Source of the DNA: Planctomycetota bacterium
GTDB lineage: Bacteria > Planctomycetota > UBA1135 > UBA2386
Direction: 5' to 3'
DNA: 64,000 nt
Assembly (NCBI GenBank): GCA_965223545.1
Contig: OZ245006.1
Coordinates: 4,992,001-5,056,000 of the forward strand
Shown one piece after another: positions 38,899 to 48,082 of the stretch (the stretch's first letter is position 1; every line of letters begins with the position of its first letter). The notes beneath the pieces were generated by a model that was not told where the DNA came from, did not search any database, and worked only from the letters and a program-made list of their open reading frames with translations. The position numbers were made by a program, and so were the translations under genes.

Positions 38899-39912
38899 CT
38901 ACCAGCTGAAGGTGCGCTCGATGCCGCGCAGCACGCGGCGGGCATCGGGCATGTAGAGGTTTTCGAGGGTGTAGGGAAACGGTGTGTCGAAACCGGTGAC
39001 GCGCGCGATCGGGCCCTCGAGGTGCTCGATGGCCTTCTCGGCGACGATGGCCGCGATCTCGCCGGCGAAGCTGCCGGTGCGGGGTGCTTCACAGAGCACC
39101 ACGCAGCGCCCGGTCTTGCGCACCGACTCCAGGATCAGCTCCTCGTCCAGCGGCACCAGGGTGCGCGGGTCGACGATCTCGATGCTGCGGCCTTGCTCGT
39201 CGGCCTGCGCTGCGGCCTTCTCGGCCACTTGCACCATGGCGCCCCACGCGATGACGGTGCAGTCGGTGCCTTCGCGCACGATGCGCCCCTTGCCGAGCGG
39301 CACGACGTACTCCCCGGTCGGCACCTCGGCCTTGACCTTGAGGTCGCGGTAGATCTTCTTCGGCTCGAAGAACATCACCGGGTCTTCATCGCGGATCGAG
39401 GCCACCAGCAGCCCCTTGGCGTCGGCCGGCGTCGATGGCATCACCACCTTGAGCCCCGGCGTGTGACAGAAGTACGCCTCGCTGGACTGGCTGTGGTAGT
39501 GGCCGCCGCGAATGCCGCCACCCGAAGGCGCGCGGATCACCAGGGGACAGGTGTACTCACCACCGCTGCGGTAGCGCATCTTGGCCGCTTCCGACACGAT
39601 CTGGTCGAACGCCGGATAGATGAAGTCCAAGAACTGGATCTCGGCGACCGGTCGCATGCCGTAGACCGCCATGCCGACCGCGGTGCCGATGATGCCGCAC
39701 TCCGAGAGCGGCGTGTCGAAGCAGCGCGGCTCGCCGAACTTGTCCTGCAGGCCCTGCGTCACGCCAAAGACGCCGCCCTTGCGGCCGACGTCCTCGCCGA
39801 AGACCACGACGCGGTCGTCGTTGGCCATCTCGTGGTGGAGGGCGTCGTTGACGGCCTCCAGCAAGGTCATGGTCTTCATACTCGATCCCTTGGGTGTTTC
39901 CGTTGCGGTCAT
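38899..39912 (-). CDS. 2-oxoacid dehydrogenase E1 beta
   Basis: GEDVG..GGVF, DTPLSE, EIQFLDF, GGHYHSQS, FFEPK. Confidence 0.96.
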   Translation of the reverse strand: MTATETPKGSSMKTMTLLEAVNDALHHEMANDDRVVVFGEDVGRKGGVFGVTQGLQDKFGEPRCFDTPLSECGIIGTAVGMAVYGMRPVAEIQFLDFIYPAFDQIVSEAAKMRYRSGGEYTCPLVIRAPSGGGIRGGHYHSQSSEAYFCHTPGLKVVMPSTPADAKGLLVASIRDEDPVMFFEPKKIYRDLKVKAEVPTGEYVVPLGKGRIVREGTDCTVIAWGAMVQVAEKAAAQADEQGRSIEIVDPRTLVPLDEELILESVRKTGRCVVLCEAPRTGSFAGEIAAIVAEKAIEHLEGPIARVTGFDTPFPYTLENLYMPDARRVLRGIERTFSW

Positions 39913-39933
39913 CTGTCGTCCTCTCTCGTCTGC

Positions 39934-41040
39934 TCAGAGCGGGAAGGCGCCCTGCTCTTCCTCCGCCGGGCCTTCCAGGGACAGCAACGACTCGCGCTGC
40001 TCGGCGAGTTGCGCGGTCGGGTTCATGAAGACGTCGTCGAACATCGTCTCGGGTGCCGGCGCCGAGCGCGCCTCGGCGCGCTTGATCGCCGCGTTGATCT
40101 CGTCCTTGCCCTGCTCGTGGCACTCGGTCTCGAGCTTCTCGCTCCAGATCCCCTTCTGCTTGAGGTAGGCCTGGAACCGGGCGATCGGGTCGCGCTTCTT
40201 CCAGCGCTCCCACTCCTTCTTGTCACGGTAGCGGTCGGCGTCGTCCGACGAGCTGTGCGAGCCGATGCGGTAGGTCACGGTCTCCACCAGGGTCGGGCCC
40301 TCGCCCTGCCGCGCGCGCTCGACCGCCTCCTTGCAGACGCGGTAGACCGCGAGCACGTCGTTGCCGTCGACGCGCACGCCGGGCATGCCATACGCCTCGG
40401 CCTTCGCCGCGATGGTCTCCGACGCGGTCTGTTGCTGCACCGGCACCGAGATCGCCCACTGGTTGTTCTCGCAGACGAACACTACCGGCGCCTTGTAGAC
40501 GCCGGCGAAGTTGAGCCCGCAGTGGAAGTCGTTCGAGCTGGTGCCGCCATCGCCGCAGAAGCTCATGAACGCGGTGTCGTCGCCGCGCAGCCGGGCCGCC
40601 ATCGCGGCGCCGGCGGCCTGGGTGAGCTGGGTGCCGATCGGCGAGCTGATCGAGAAGAAGTTGATCGAGCGCAGGCTGTAATGCACCGGCATCTGTCGGC
40701 CTTTGCACACGTCACCGTCGTTGCCGTACCACTGGCAGATGACGTCGTCGAGGTCGGCGCCGCGCAGCAGCATGATGCCGGGCTGGCGGTAGGCCGGGAA
40801 CAACCAGTCGCTGTCCTTCAGCGCAAAGGCGGAACCGATGTGGCTGGCCTCTTGCCCGGTCGACACGAGGTAGAAGCCGATGCGGCCCTGCCGCTGCAGC
40901 GCGAGCGCGCGTTCGTCGAGGATCCGCGTCTGCACCATGACCCGGTACAGCTTCTCCAGCTGCTCCGGAGGCAAGTTGGGGTCCTTGTCCTTGGCCGTGC
41001 GGCCGTCCTTCTCGATGATCGTGAGGGTCTTGGTGGTCAT
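39934..41040 (-). CDS. 2-oxoacid dehydrogenase E1 alpha, first paralog (pyruvate or branched-chain type)
   Basis: LQRQGRIGFY, GRQMPVHY, GDGGTS..DFH...NN, SHSSSDD. Confidence 0.95.
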   Translation of the reverse strand: MTTKTLTIIEKDGRTAKDKDPNLPPEQLEKLYRVMVQTRILDERALALQRQGRIGFYLVSTGQEASHIGSAFALKDSDWLFPAYRQPGIMLLRGADLDDVICQWYGNDGDVCKGRQMPVHYSLRSINFFSISSPIGTQLTQAAGAAMAARLRGDDTAFMSFCGDGGTSSNDFHCGLNFAGVYKAPVVFVCENNQWAISVPVQQQTASETIAAKAEAYGMPGVRVDGNDVLAVYRVCKEAVERARQGEGPTLVETVTYRIGSHSSSDDADRYRDKKEWERWKKRDPIARFQAYLKQKGIWSEKLETECHEQGKDEINAAIKRAEARSAPAPETMFDDVFMNPTAQLAEQRESLLSLEGPAEEEQGAFPL

Positions 41041-41960
41041 GACAGCTGGCTCGTCTCCTCCGCGGACTTCCGGCGCCGCAGCATGCCCTCGATGTAGAAC
41101 TCGGCCGCCTTGTAGGAGGACCGCACCAGCGGTCCCGACGCGACGTACAAGAAGCCCTTGCGCAGTGCGCGGCGCTCGAGGGCCTTGAACCGGCCGGGCG
41201 AGACGTGCTCGCGCACCGGCAGGTGCTTGAGTGTGGGGCGGAGGTACTGCCCGAAGGTGACGACGTCGACGGCGGCGTCGCGGAGATCGTCCATCGCGGT
41301 CTCGACCTCCGCTTCCGATTCGCCGAGGCCCAACATCAGCGACGATTTGGTGACCACGCCGGGCCGCAGCTCCTTGGCGCGCCGCAACACCGCCAACGAG
41401 CGTTCGTACGAGCAGCGGAAGTCGCGCACCCGCGGAGTCAGGCGAGCCACCGTCTCGACGTTGTGAGCGAACACGTCGACCGGACTGTCGAGGAGCGTGG
41501 CCAGCGGCCCGTCCTCGCCGGCGAAATCGCCGGTCAGGGCTTCCACGAGGACGTCCGGGTCGCGGTTCTTGAGGGCGGCGACCGTGGCGCCGACGTGGGC
41601 GGCTCCGCCGTCGGGCAGGTCGTCGCGGTCGACCATGGTCAGCACGACGTAGCGAAGCCCCATCGCGGTGGCGGCTTCGGCAACCTTGGTCGGCTCGTCG
41701 GGGTCGACTGGCTGCCCTTTGGCGTGGGTCTTCACCGCGCAGAAGCGGCAGCCGCGGGTGCAGACGTCACCCAGCACCATGAATGTGGCCGTGCCGCCGT
41801 CCCAGCACTCGCCCATGTTGGGACAGCGCGCCTCCTCGCACACCGTGTGCAAACCGCGGCGACGCAGGATGGAGCGGAGCGCAGCGGTGGTCTCGCCAGC
41901 GGGCAGCGGGACCTTCAGCCAAGTCGGCTTGGGGGCGGGGGTGATCCGGTGGGCGGGCAT
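41037..41960 (-). CDS. lipA: Lipoyl synthase
   Basis: CEEARCPNMGEC, CTRGCRFC, GQYLRP, LVRSSY. Start uncertain. Confidence 0.96.
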   Translation of the reverse strand: MPAHRITPAPKPTWLKVPLPAGETTAALRSILRRRGLHTVCEEARCPNMGECWDGGTATFMVLGDVCTRGCRFCAVKTHAKGQPVDPDEPTKVAEAATAMGLRYVVLTMVDRDDLPDGGAAHVGATVAALKNRDPDVLVEALTGDFAGEDGPLATLLDSPVDVFAHNVETVARLTPRVRDFRCSYERSLAVLRRAKELRPGVVTKSSLMLGLGESEAEVETAMDDLRDAAVDVVTFGQYLRPTLKHLPVREHVSPGRFKALERRALRKGFLYVASGPLVRSSYKAAEFYIEGMLRRRKSAEETSQLS

Positions 41961-42161
41961 CGAGGGGCGGACAGGGTACGGAGTCATCGGCCGCCAGCAA
42001 GCGCGATCCTCTATGGATGCCGAAGAGAATGTCAAAACTGGATTCTCGGTGGAATCTCAACCCGGATATGCTTGAATCACGGCGGTGAAGGGCGTCCCCC
42101 CGTGCGGCGGGGGCGGCCGACACAGAACTAGATTCTGACCAGTATTTCAAAACCGCTCCGC

Positions 42162-42818
42162 GTGGCCCGACCCAAAGACCCTGCTCTGCGCGCCAAGCTG
42201 CTCCACGCGGCCGCGGTCGAGTTCGCCGAGCGCGGCTTCGGCGGTGCCAGCATGAGCTCGATCGGCCGGCGGGCCGGCGTCACCAAGGGAGGCGTCTACT
42301 TCCACTTCCGCAGCAAGGAAGAGCTGTTCTTCGCTGCGGTCGACCAGTGGCGGGCGACGCTGCGCGGCGCCCTGGCCGAGGCCACGCGCGAGGGCAGCGG
42401 GGCGCGGCGGCTCCGCGCCTTCGTCATCGCGTTCTTGCGCTCACACTTTGCCGACGCGGCGCACGCGGCGCTGCTGCGCACCCTGCGGGCGGAGCTCTTG
42501 ACCACGTTCACCGCCGAGGTGCGCGACGACCTGCGCTCCGTGTTTCGCGCGGTGCGGGCGCAGCTCCGCGAGCTGTTGGTCGAAGGCGAGCGCGACGGCA
42601 GCTTGTACGCGCACGATCCGGCCTCGTCGGCGTTCTTGCTCGCCGCCGAACTCGATGGTGTGGTGCAGCAGTGGCTGGCCTCGCCGCGCGAGGTCGAGAG
42701 CTTCTGTCACCCCGAGTCCGTGGCCGATGCCATGATGGCTCCCTACCTCGCCGGCTCCGCCGGCCCGATTCCGCCGGCGCTCAGCGACGACGACCGCGCG
42801 CCGTTCCTCTCGTTCTGA
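42162..42818 (+). CDS. TetR/AcrR transcriptional regulator, divergent from the lipA operon
   Basis: FAERGF...SMSSIGRRAGVTKGGVYFHFRSKEELF HTH. Confidence 0.93.
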   Translation: MARPKDPALRAKLLHAAAVEFAERGFGGASMSSIGRRAGVTKGGVYFHFRSKEELFFAAVDQWRATLRGALAEATREGSGARRLRAFVIAFLRSHFADAAHAALLRTLRAELLTTFTAEVRDDLRSVFRAVRAQLRELLVEGERDGSLYAHDPASSAFLLAAELDGVVQQWLASPREVESFCHPESVADAMMAPYLAGSAGPIPPALSDDDRAPFLSF

Positions 42819-42843
42819 CCCTATCGGCCGCGCGCCCACCTCG

Positions 42844-43587
42844 ATGACCTCTGCCCCCGACTCGCCCAACAAAGAGTCCGCGTCTCCCCGGCCGCCGCTG
42901 CGGCTCAGCGTGGTGATGCCGGTCTACAACGAGATCAAGACGCTCGAAGTGATCCTCGAGCGGGTGCTGGCCGTACCGGTCGACAAGGAGGTCATCCTGG
43001 TGGATGACGGCTCGGTCGACGGCAGCCGCGAGCTGCTCGACACGCTCGCCGAGCGCCAGCCTGCGATCCGCGTCTTCAAGCACGATCGAAACCGCGGCAA
43101 AGGGGCGGCGTTGAAGACCGGATTCTCCCATGCCACCGGCGATGTGATCGTCATTCAGGACGCCGATCTCGAGTACGACCCAGACGATTATCCGGCGCTG
43201 ATGCGGCCGTTCTACGAGGCCGACGCCGACGTGGTCTACGGCTCGCGCTTCTTGGTGGGTGAGTACGCCCGCGTGCACCTGTTCTGGCACTACCTGGGCA
43301 ACCGCTTCCTCACGTTCTTGAGCAACATGTCGACGGGGCTCAACCTCACCGACATGGAGACCTGCTACAAGGCGTTCCGCCGCGAGGTGGTGGAGCGGAT
43401 CGAGATCCGCTCCCGCCGGTTCACCATCGAGCCGGAGCTGACGGCGAAGTTTGCGCGCATGAAGGTGCGCATCTTCGAGGTGCCGATCCGCTACGCCGGC
43501 CGCAACTACGGTGAGGGCAAGAAGATCACGTGGCGGGATGGCATCGCGGCGCTGTGGGCGATCGTGCGGTATCGGTTTGCGGATTGA
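42844..43587 (+). CDS. GT2 glycosyltransferase (DPM1-like)
   Basis: SVVMPVYNE, VDDGSVDG, NRGKGAA, QDADLEYDP, DMETCYK. Confidence 0.95.
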   Translation: MTSAPDSPNKESASPRPPLRLSVVMPVYNEIKTLEVILERVLAVPVDKEVILVDDGSVDGSRELLDTLAERQPAIRVFKHDRNRGKGAALKTGFSHATGDVIVIQDADLEYDPDDYPALMRPFYEADADVVYGSRFLVGEYARVHLFWHYLGNRFLTFLSNMSTGLNLTDMETCYKAFRREVVERIEIRSRRFTIEPELTAKFARMKVRIFEVPIRYAGRNYGEGKKITWRDGIAALWAIVRYRFAD

Positions 43588-43618
43588 GCCTGGGCGGGGT
43601 GGGCGGGGTCCCCTGGGC

Positions 43619-43948
43619 TCACGGCTCGCGGAGCATGCGCTCGAGCAGGTCGAACGCTTCGCGCTCGGCATCCGTCACGGCGCCGTCGACCGAGATGGTC
43701 GCGCGCGCCGCCTCGATGAAGAGTGACCGGTGCTGTGCGGGGATCTCCTGAGGATCGACCTGCTCCGGCCGTGGCGGGACTTTGAGCCAACCCTGCACCT
43801 CGGCGCGCTCGTCGTCGCTCAGCTGCAGGCGCTGTGCGAGGTGGGCGACCAGCTTGCGCTCCGCGTCGGTGACCTGCAGGTCCGACCAGGCAAACGAGCA
43901 GACGAAGCGCATCAGGCGCAGTCGGTCCGCTCGACTGAGTTGATCCAT
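43619..43948 (-). CDS. Small TerB-like protein
   Basis: 109 aa from ATG 43948; repeated AWSDLQVTDAER and ISVDGAVTDAERE motifs. Confidence 0.75.
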   Translation of the reverse strand: MDQLSRADRLRLMRFVCSFAWSDLQVTDAERKLVAHLAQRLQLSDDERAEVQGWLKVPPRPEQVDPQEIPAQHRSLFIEAARATISVDGAVTDAEREAFDLLERMLREP

Positions 43949-44059
43949 GCGGGGATGGTATCCCGCAGATCGCGGGGTGCACGATCTGCCGTGATTTCGA
44001 CTACGCTGCCAAATCGAGCACACTTGGGTCCCCGATGGGGCCGATAGGACGGAGCAGAG

Positions 44060-45748
44060 GTGCACGAACCACCCATGCTGGAGACCACGCAAGACCCCCC
44101 TGCGGCCAACCTTCCCGCAGTACAGCGCGCACGGCGCCGCCAGCCCGTGTTCGAGATGCGGTGGCGGAACCCGGAACGCGGCCTGCTGGACTACGCTTCG
44201 GCGGTCTGGGCGCGCAAGTACACCGTGTTGTTGGTGACCTTCCTGCTCGGCTTCGTCGGGCTCGTCTACGCGCTCAGCAAGCCGAACACCTACGCCTCCA
44301 AGGCGCGGCTGATGGTGCACGGCGCGGAGCTGTCGGGGACGGCGACCGACGCCGCGGCCGCTCTGCTGGGCACGGGGCGGATCCTGCCCGACCAGGTGGT
44401 GACGGCGGTCGAGATCATCCGCTCGCGCATCGTCTTGGCGCGGTTGGTGGACTCGCTCGGCTATGAGGCCATCCTCGCTCCATACCAGCCGCCGGCCGGC
44501 GACGAGGCCGACTCCGGTCTGTTCTCCCGGCTGATGGATGCGGTCCACCGCGTGCAAGCGCGGTTCTTGTCCGCGAGCGCGGTCGACTTCGGTGAGTTCG
44601 GCGAGGAGGAGCTGCGCGAGGCCGCGATCGAGGCGCTGGACACCAACCTCGAGGTGACGCACGCCGCGCGCGGCACGACGATCCAGCTGCAGTACCTGCA
44701 CACCGACCGCTTTACCGCGCAGCGGATCCTGGCGGCGGTCATGAAAGAGAGCATCGCCCGCTATGGCGAGGTCGTGGCACCGCCGGCGGGGCAGGACCTC
44801 GTCGCGGACAAGGTCGAGCAGGCTGCCGCGGAGACCAAGGCGGCCAATGAAGACGTCAGCCGTTTCGAGAGCGAGCACGGCTCGCTGGACATGACGGCGG
44901 AGATCGAATCGCTCAACGAGGCGCTGGCCGAACTCCGCGCCGCGCTGCGCGCCGCCAAGCTGGCGCTGTCCGAGAATGGCAGCGTGATCGACTCGCTGCA
45001 GGCCGAGCTGGACAATCTCAGCCCGACCGAGCGGGTTCCGGTGGAGCCGGTGTTCTCGCCCGAGGCGGGCCAATCGTGGCAAGCGGAGCTGCAGCGATTG
45101 CGCAGCTTGCGCAGCCAGCACAAGCCGGGGACCGAGGCCTACCAGACCCTCGACCGTCGCATTCGCGACTTGCTGGCCGACCGGGAGAGCCAGCAGACCG
45201 GCGGCGAAGGCCCGATCTATCAGAATCAGCCCAACCAGAGCTACTTGGAGATCGCCGGCATGATCCGCGATCGCCGCGTGCAGCTGATCGAGGCCAAGGC
45301 GCAGATCCCTGCGCTCGAAGCGGACATCGAAGGGCGCGAGGCCGAGCTGACCCGAGCGCAGCAGCTGCAGCGCGAGGCCAGCGCGCTGAGCGCGCGGTTG
45401 GAAGAGGCCGAGAAGACGCTGGAGGACTTCCGCGGCTTGGCCAAGACCTACCAGTTCACCAGCGAGCTCGATACGCGCGGGCTGACCAACTTGCGGGTCG
45501 TCGACTCCGCCTTGCTGCCGCGCACCAAGGAGGGGCCCAAGCGCGGCAAGATCCTGCTCGCGGCGATGGCCGCGGGGCTGATCTTCGCGGTGACCATGCT
45601 GCTGGTGCGCGTGCGGCTGAGCCGGCGGATGGTGCGGCACACCGACGTCGCCTTTGCCCTGGGGCGCAGCGATGTCGTCACCCTGCCGCTGTTGACCTCG
45701 CGCAATCTGCAGCGCTTCGAGGAAGCGCGCCGGAGGGGTTGGGAATGA
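44060..45748 (+). CDS. Polysaccharide co-polymerase (Wzc N-terminal/GumC-like)
   Basis: Two TM helices flanking a long coiled coil; PNTYASKARL; NLRVVDSALLP...GPKR. Confidence 0.88.
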   Translation: MHEPPMLETTQDPPAANLPAVQRARRRQPVFEMRWRNPERGLLDYASAVWARKYTVLLVTFLLGFVGLVYALSKPNTYASKARLMVHGAELSGTATDAAAALLGTGRILPDQVVTAVEIIRSRIVLARLVDSLGYEAILAPYQPPAGDEADSGLFSRLMDAVHRVQARFLSASAVDFGEFGEEELREAAIEALDTNLEVTHAARGTTIQLQYLHTDRFTAQRILAAVMKESIARYGEVVAPPAGQDLVADKVEQAAAETKAANEDVSRFESEHGSLDMTAEIESLNEALAELRAALRAAKLALSENGSVIDSLQAELDNLSPTERVPVEPVFSPEAGQSWQAELQRLRSLRSQHKPGTEAYQTLDRRIRDLLADRESQQTGGEGPIYQNQPNQSYLEIAGMIRDRRVQLIEAKAQIPALEADIEGREAELTRAQQLQREASALSARLEEAEKTLEDFRGLAKTYQFTSELDTRGLTNLRVVDSALLPRTKEGPKRGKILLAAMAAGLIFAVTMLLVRVRLSRRMVRHTDVAFALGRSDVVTLPLLTSRNLQRFEEARRRGWE

Positions 45749-46470
45749 ACGACATCCCGGTCGAGGCCCAGCCTCGCGAGGGCAGCCCGTTTCTCAGCTG
45801 GCCGCGTCCCAACGACGAGTGGGAGCGGTCGCTGAAATCGCTCGTGCCGTACTGCGAAGAGCTGTGGAACCGCGTCCAGCTGGCCGACCCGCGGCCGGCG
45901 CACGGCAGTATCCGCATCTTCACCGTGGCGGGCTTGGTCGAGGGCGATGGCGCTTCGACGACCGCGACCGGCTTGTCCTACTACCTGGCGAACAGCCTCG
46001 GTGCCCGCGTGCTGTTGGTCGAGGCCGACCTCCGCGCGCCCTACCTGCGCAGCATGGGGCTGGTGCCCCGCGGGCCCGGGCTTGCCGGCGTCTTGCAGCG
46101 CCAAGTGAAGCTCAAGTACGTGGTCTTCGAGCTGCCGCGCGTCGGCTTCCACGTGCTGCCGGCCGGCGCAACGGTCGCCAGCCCGACGGCGCACATCAAT
46201 CCGTCCAAGCTCGGCCGGCTACTGCACGGAGTCGAGTCGCATTTCGACGTCGTGCTGTTCGACTCGCCGCCGCTGACGCTCGCCCCCGAGGCGCGCCACC
46301 TGGTGGCGATCTCGGACGCGACGATCCCCGTGCTGCGCAGCGGCCGCGCGCTGCCCGAGCAGGCCGCCTACTGGCTGGCCAAGATCCCCGAGTACGGCGG
46401 CAGGGTCGGCGCGGTGTGCCTCAACGGCGTCGAAGCCGTACTGCCGACCTCCGTCCGCGGTCTCTTCTGA
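45745..46470 (+). CDS. BY-kinase-like (CpsD/CapB) protein with a degenerate Walker A
   Basis: ATGA-coupled to the co-polymerase; VLLVEADLR, VVLFDSPP; Walker A reads EGDGAST. Confidence 0.82.
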   Translation: MNDIPVEAQPREGSPFLSWPRPNDEWERSLKSLVPYCEELWNRVQLADPRPAHGSIRIFTVAGLVEGDGASTTATGLSYYLANSLGARVLLVEADLRAPYLRSMGLVPRGPGLAGVLQRQVKLKYVVFELPRVGFHVLPAGATVASPTAHINPSKLGRLLHGVESHFDVVLFDSPPLTLAPEARHLVAISDATIPVLRSGRALPEQAAYWLAKIPEYGGRVGAVCLNGVEAVLPTSVRGLF

Positions 46471-46491
46471 CCGCAGAACACACCCATCCCG

Positions 46492-46570
46492 GCGCACGTA
46501 CGGAGCCAGGCTCCGATTCATCACCCGGCGCCGCCGGGTGATGAATCGGAGCCTGGCTCCGTACGTGCGC
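46492..46570. repeat. Perfect 79-bp palindrome (39-bp arms) made of two inverted type-B REP-like units
   Basis: GCGCACGTACGGAGCCAGGCTCCGATTCATCACCCGGCG-C-reverse complement, between convergent genes. Confidence 0.95.
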
Positions 46571-47898
46571 TACCCGTAGCGCAGTCGGATCGTGCGGATC
46601 GGATTGGTGGCCAGCGAGTCCTCTTCCGCCGACCGCTGCGCGCCGGCCAGCATGCCCATGAGGCCGCCCATGATCAGGTAGTGGGGGGTGCGCAGGAAGG
46701 AGTCGCCCCATGCCGTGCACACCAGCCAACCGAGCACCGGCACCAGGCCGGCGCCGACTTGTTGGAACAGGACACGGCGCGGAAACGTCCCCTGGCCGAT
46801 CACCCAGATGCTCGACAGCCAGAACGCCGACAGCAGCAGCATGCCGGGGTAGCCGAAGTGCAGCACCGCGAGCAGGAGCTCGCCGTCGATGATCTCCCAG
46901 AACTCGCGGGCGAAGGACTCGCCGTGGCCGAAGATCGGGCTGGCCTCGACCATCGGCTTCCACGTCTCGATCTGAAGGAAGCGGAAGAACAGGGTCTGGC
47001 CGGACTCGCTGGACGCGTCGGTGAGCGCCAAGCCGGCCAGGATGCCCGAGACGCCGGGCTGCAGCATCCAGACGAAGAACCCGATCCCGATTCCGCCGAG
47101 CAAGCAGGCAAACCAGCCCTGGCGTCGCAGGAGCACTGGCGCGAACAGCACCAGCGCCAGGCCGATGATCGGTCCGCGGCTGAGCGACATCAGCACGCCG
47201 ATGCAGCCCGCGATGATGCCGAAGTCGAGATAGCGTCCGGCGTGGCGGTAGATCTCCTCGCCGGCGCGCCGCACCGCGACCATCAGCAGGGTCAGCAGCA
47301 CGAGGGTGTGGCCCAGCTCGAGCTGGTTCTGGGTGAAGACGATGGGCCGGTAGATGCCCAGCCGGTAGAGGCCGATGACTTCCTCGCCGTATACCCAGCG
47401 CTGGAACCGCGGATACATCCGCGCCTCGAAGGCCATCAAGAGCAGGTAGACGATGACGATGGGCACGACGAGCCGGACCAGGCTCACCATGTCGCTGGCC
47501 CGCTGCAGGTAGAGCCGGCCGGCGAAGAAGGGCACGACGAGGGTCAAGAGCTGCGTCAGCAGCATCGATGCCGCCGCGTAGGCGCCCTGGTTGAGCGCGA
47601 CGCTGAGCGCCGTCCAGCCCACGTAGGCCAGCAGGAAGAGATCCGGCCACAGGAACCGGAAGCGTCGCCAGTTCTCGCGTGGTGAAAAAAGGAACAGCAG
47701 GCCCGCCGCCGCGGTGACGCAGGTCGTGCGGTCGAGGGTGGGGACGCCGGGCAGGTCGTACTCGGCGAACGCAGGCAAGAACAGCGGGCCGAGCAGGAGC
47801 AGCACCGGCACCAGCCGTTGCGGGCCGATGACGAACCCGCCCCAGAGGGTGAACCCAAGGGTCAAGAACAGGACCAGGATTGCGAAGTCTTGTCCCAC
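46570..47898 (-). CDS. O-antigen ligase/Wzy-like polymerase
   Basis: About 11-12 TM segments, MSLSRGP, SPIFGHG; polysaccharide locus context. Confidence 0.78.
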   Translation of the reverse strand: MGQDFAILVLFLTLGFTLWGGFVIGPQRLVPVLLLLGPLFLPAFAEYDLPGVPTLDRTTCVTAAAGLLFLFSPRENWRRFRFLWPDLFLLAYVGWTALSVALNQGAYAAASMLLTQLLTLVVPFFAGRLYLQRASDMVSLVRLVVPIVIVYLLLMAFEARMYPRFQRWVYGEEVIGLYRLGIYRPIVFTQNQLELGHTLVLLTLLMVAVRRAGEEIYRHAGRYLDFGIIAGCIGVLMSLSRGPIIGLALVLFAPVLLRRQGWFACLLGGIGIGFFVWMLQPGVSGILAGLALTDASSESGQTLFFRFLQIETWKPMVEASPIFGHGESFAREFWEIIDGELLLAVLHFGYPGMLLLSAFWLSSIWVIGQGTFPRRVLFQQVGAGLVPVLGWLVCTAWGDSFLRTPHYLIMGGLMGMLAGAQRSAEEDSLATNPIRTIRLRYG

Positions 47899-48082
47899 GG
47901 TGCGGTGCGCAGGGCGGCGTCGGCCCGGGTCTATCTTCGGCAGACGCGCGTGCGTCTGAGTAGCTCTTTCGGCGGGGCTCTTTCGGCGATGGCGCCGGCA
48001 TCATACGCAGCTGGCTCCCGGCTCAACTCGGCGATCCACCCTGGTCGAAAGACGCTGCATGGAGGAGACTTGCGCCCCCTCG

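Noticed and set aside
42040..42160. TetR operator in the divergent promoter
   Set aside because: AT-richer promoter-like DNA but no clear palindrome that I could support.
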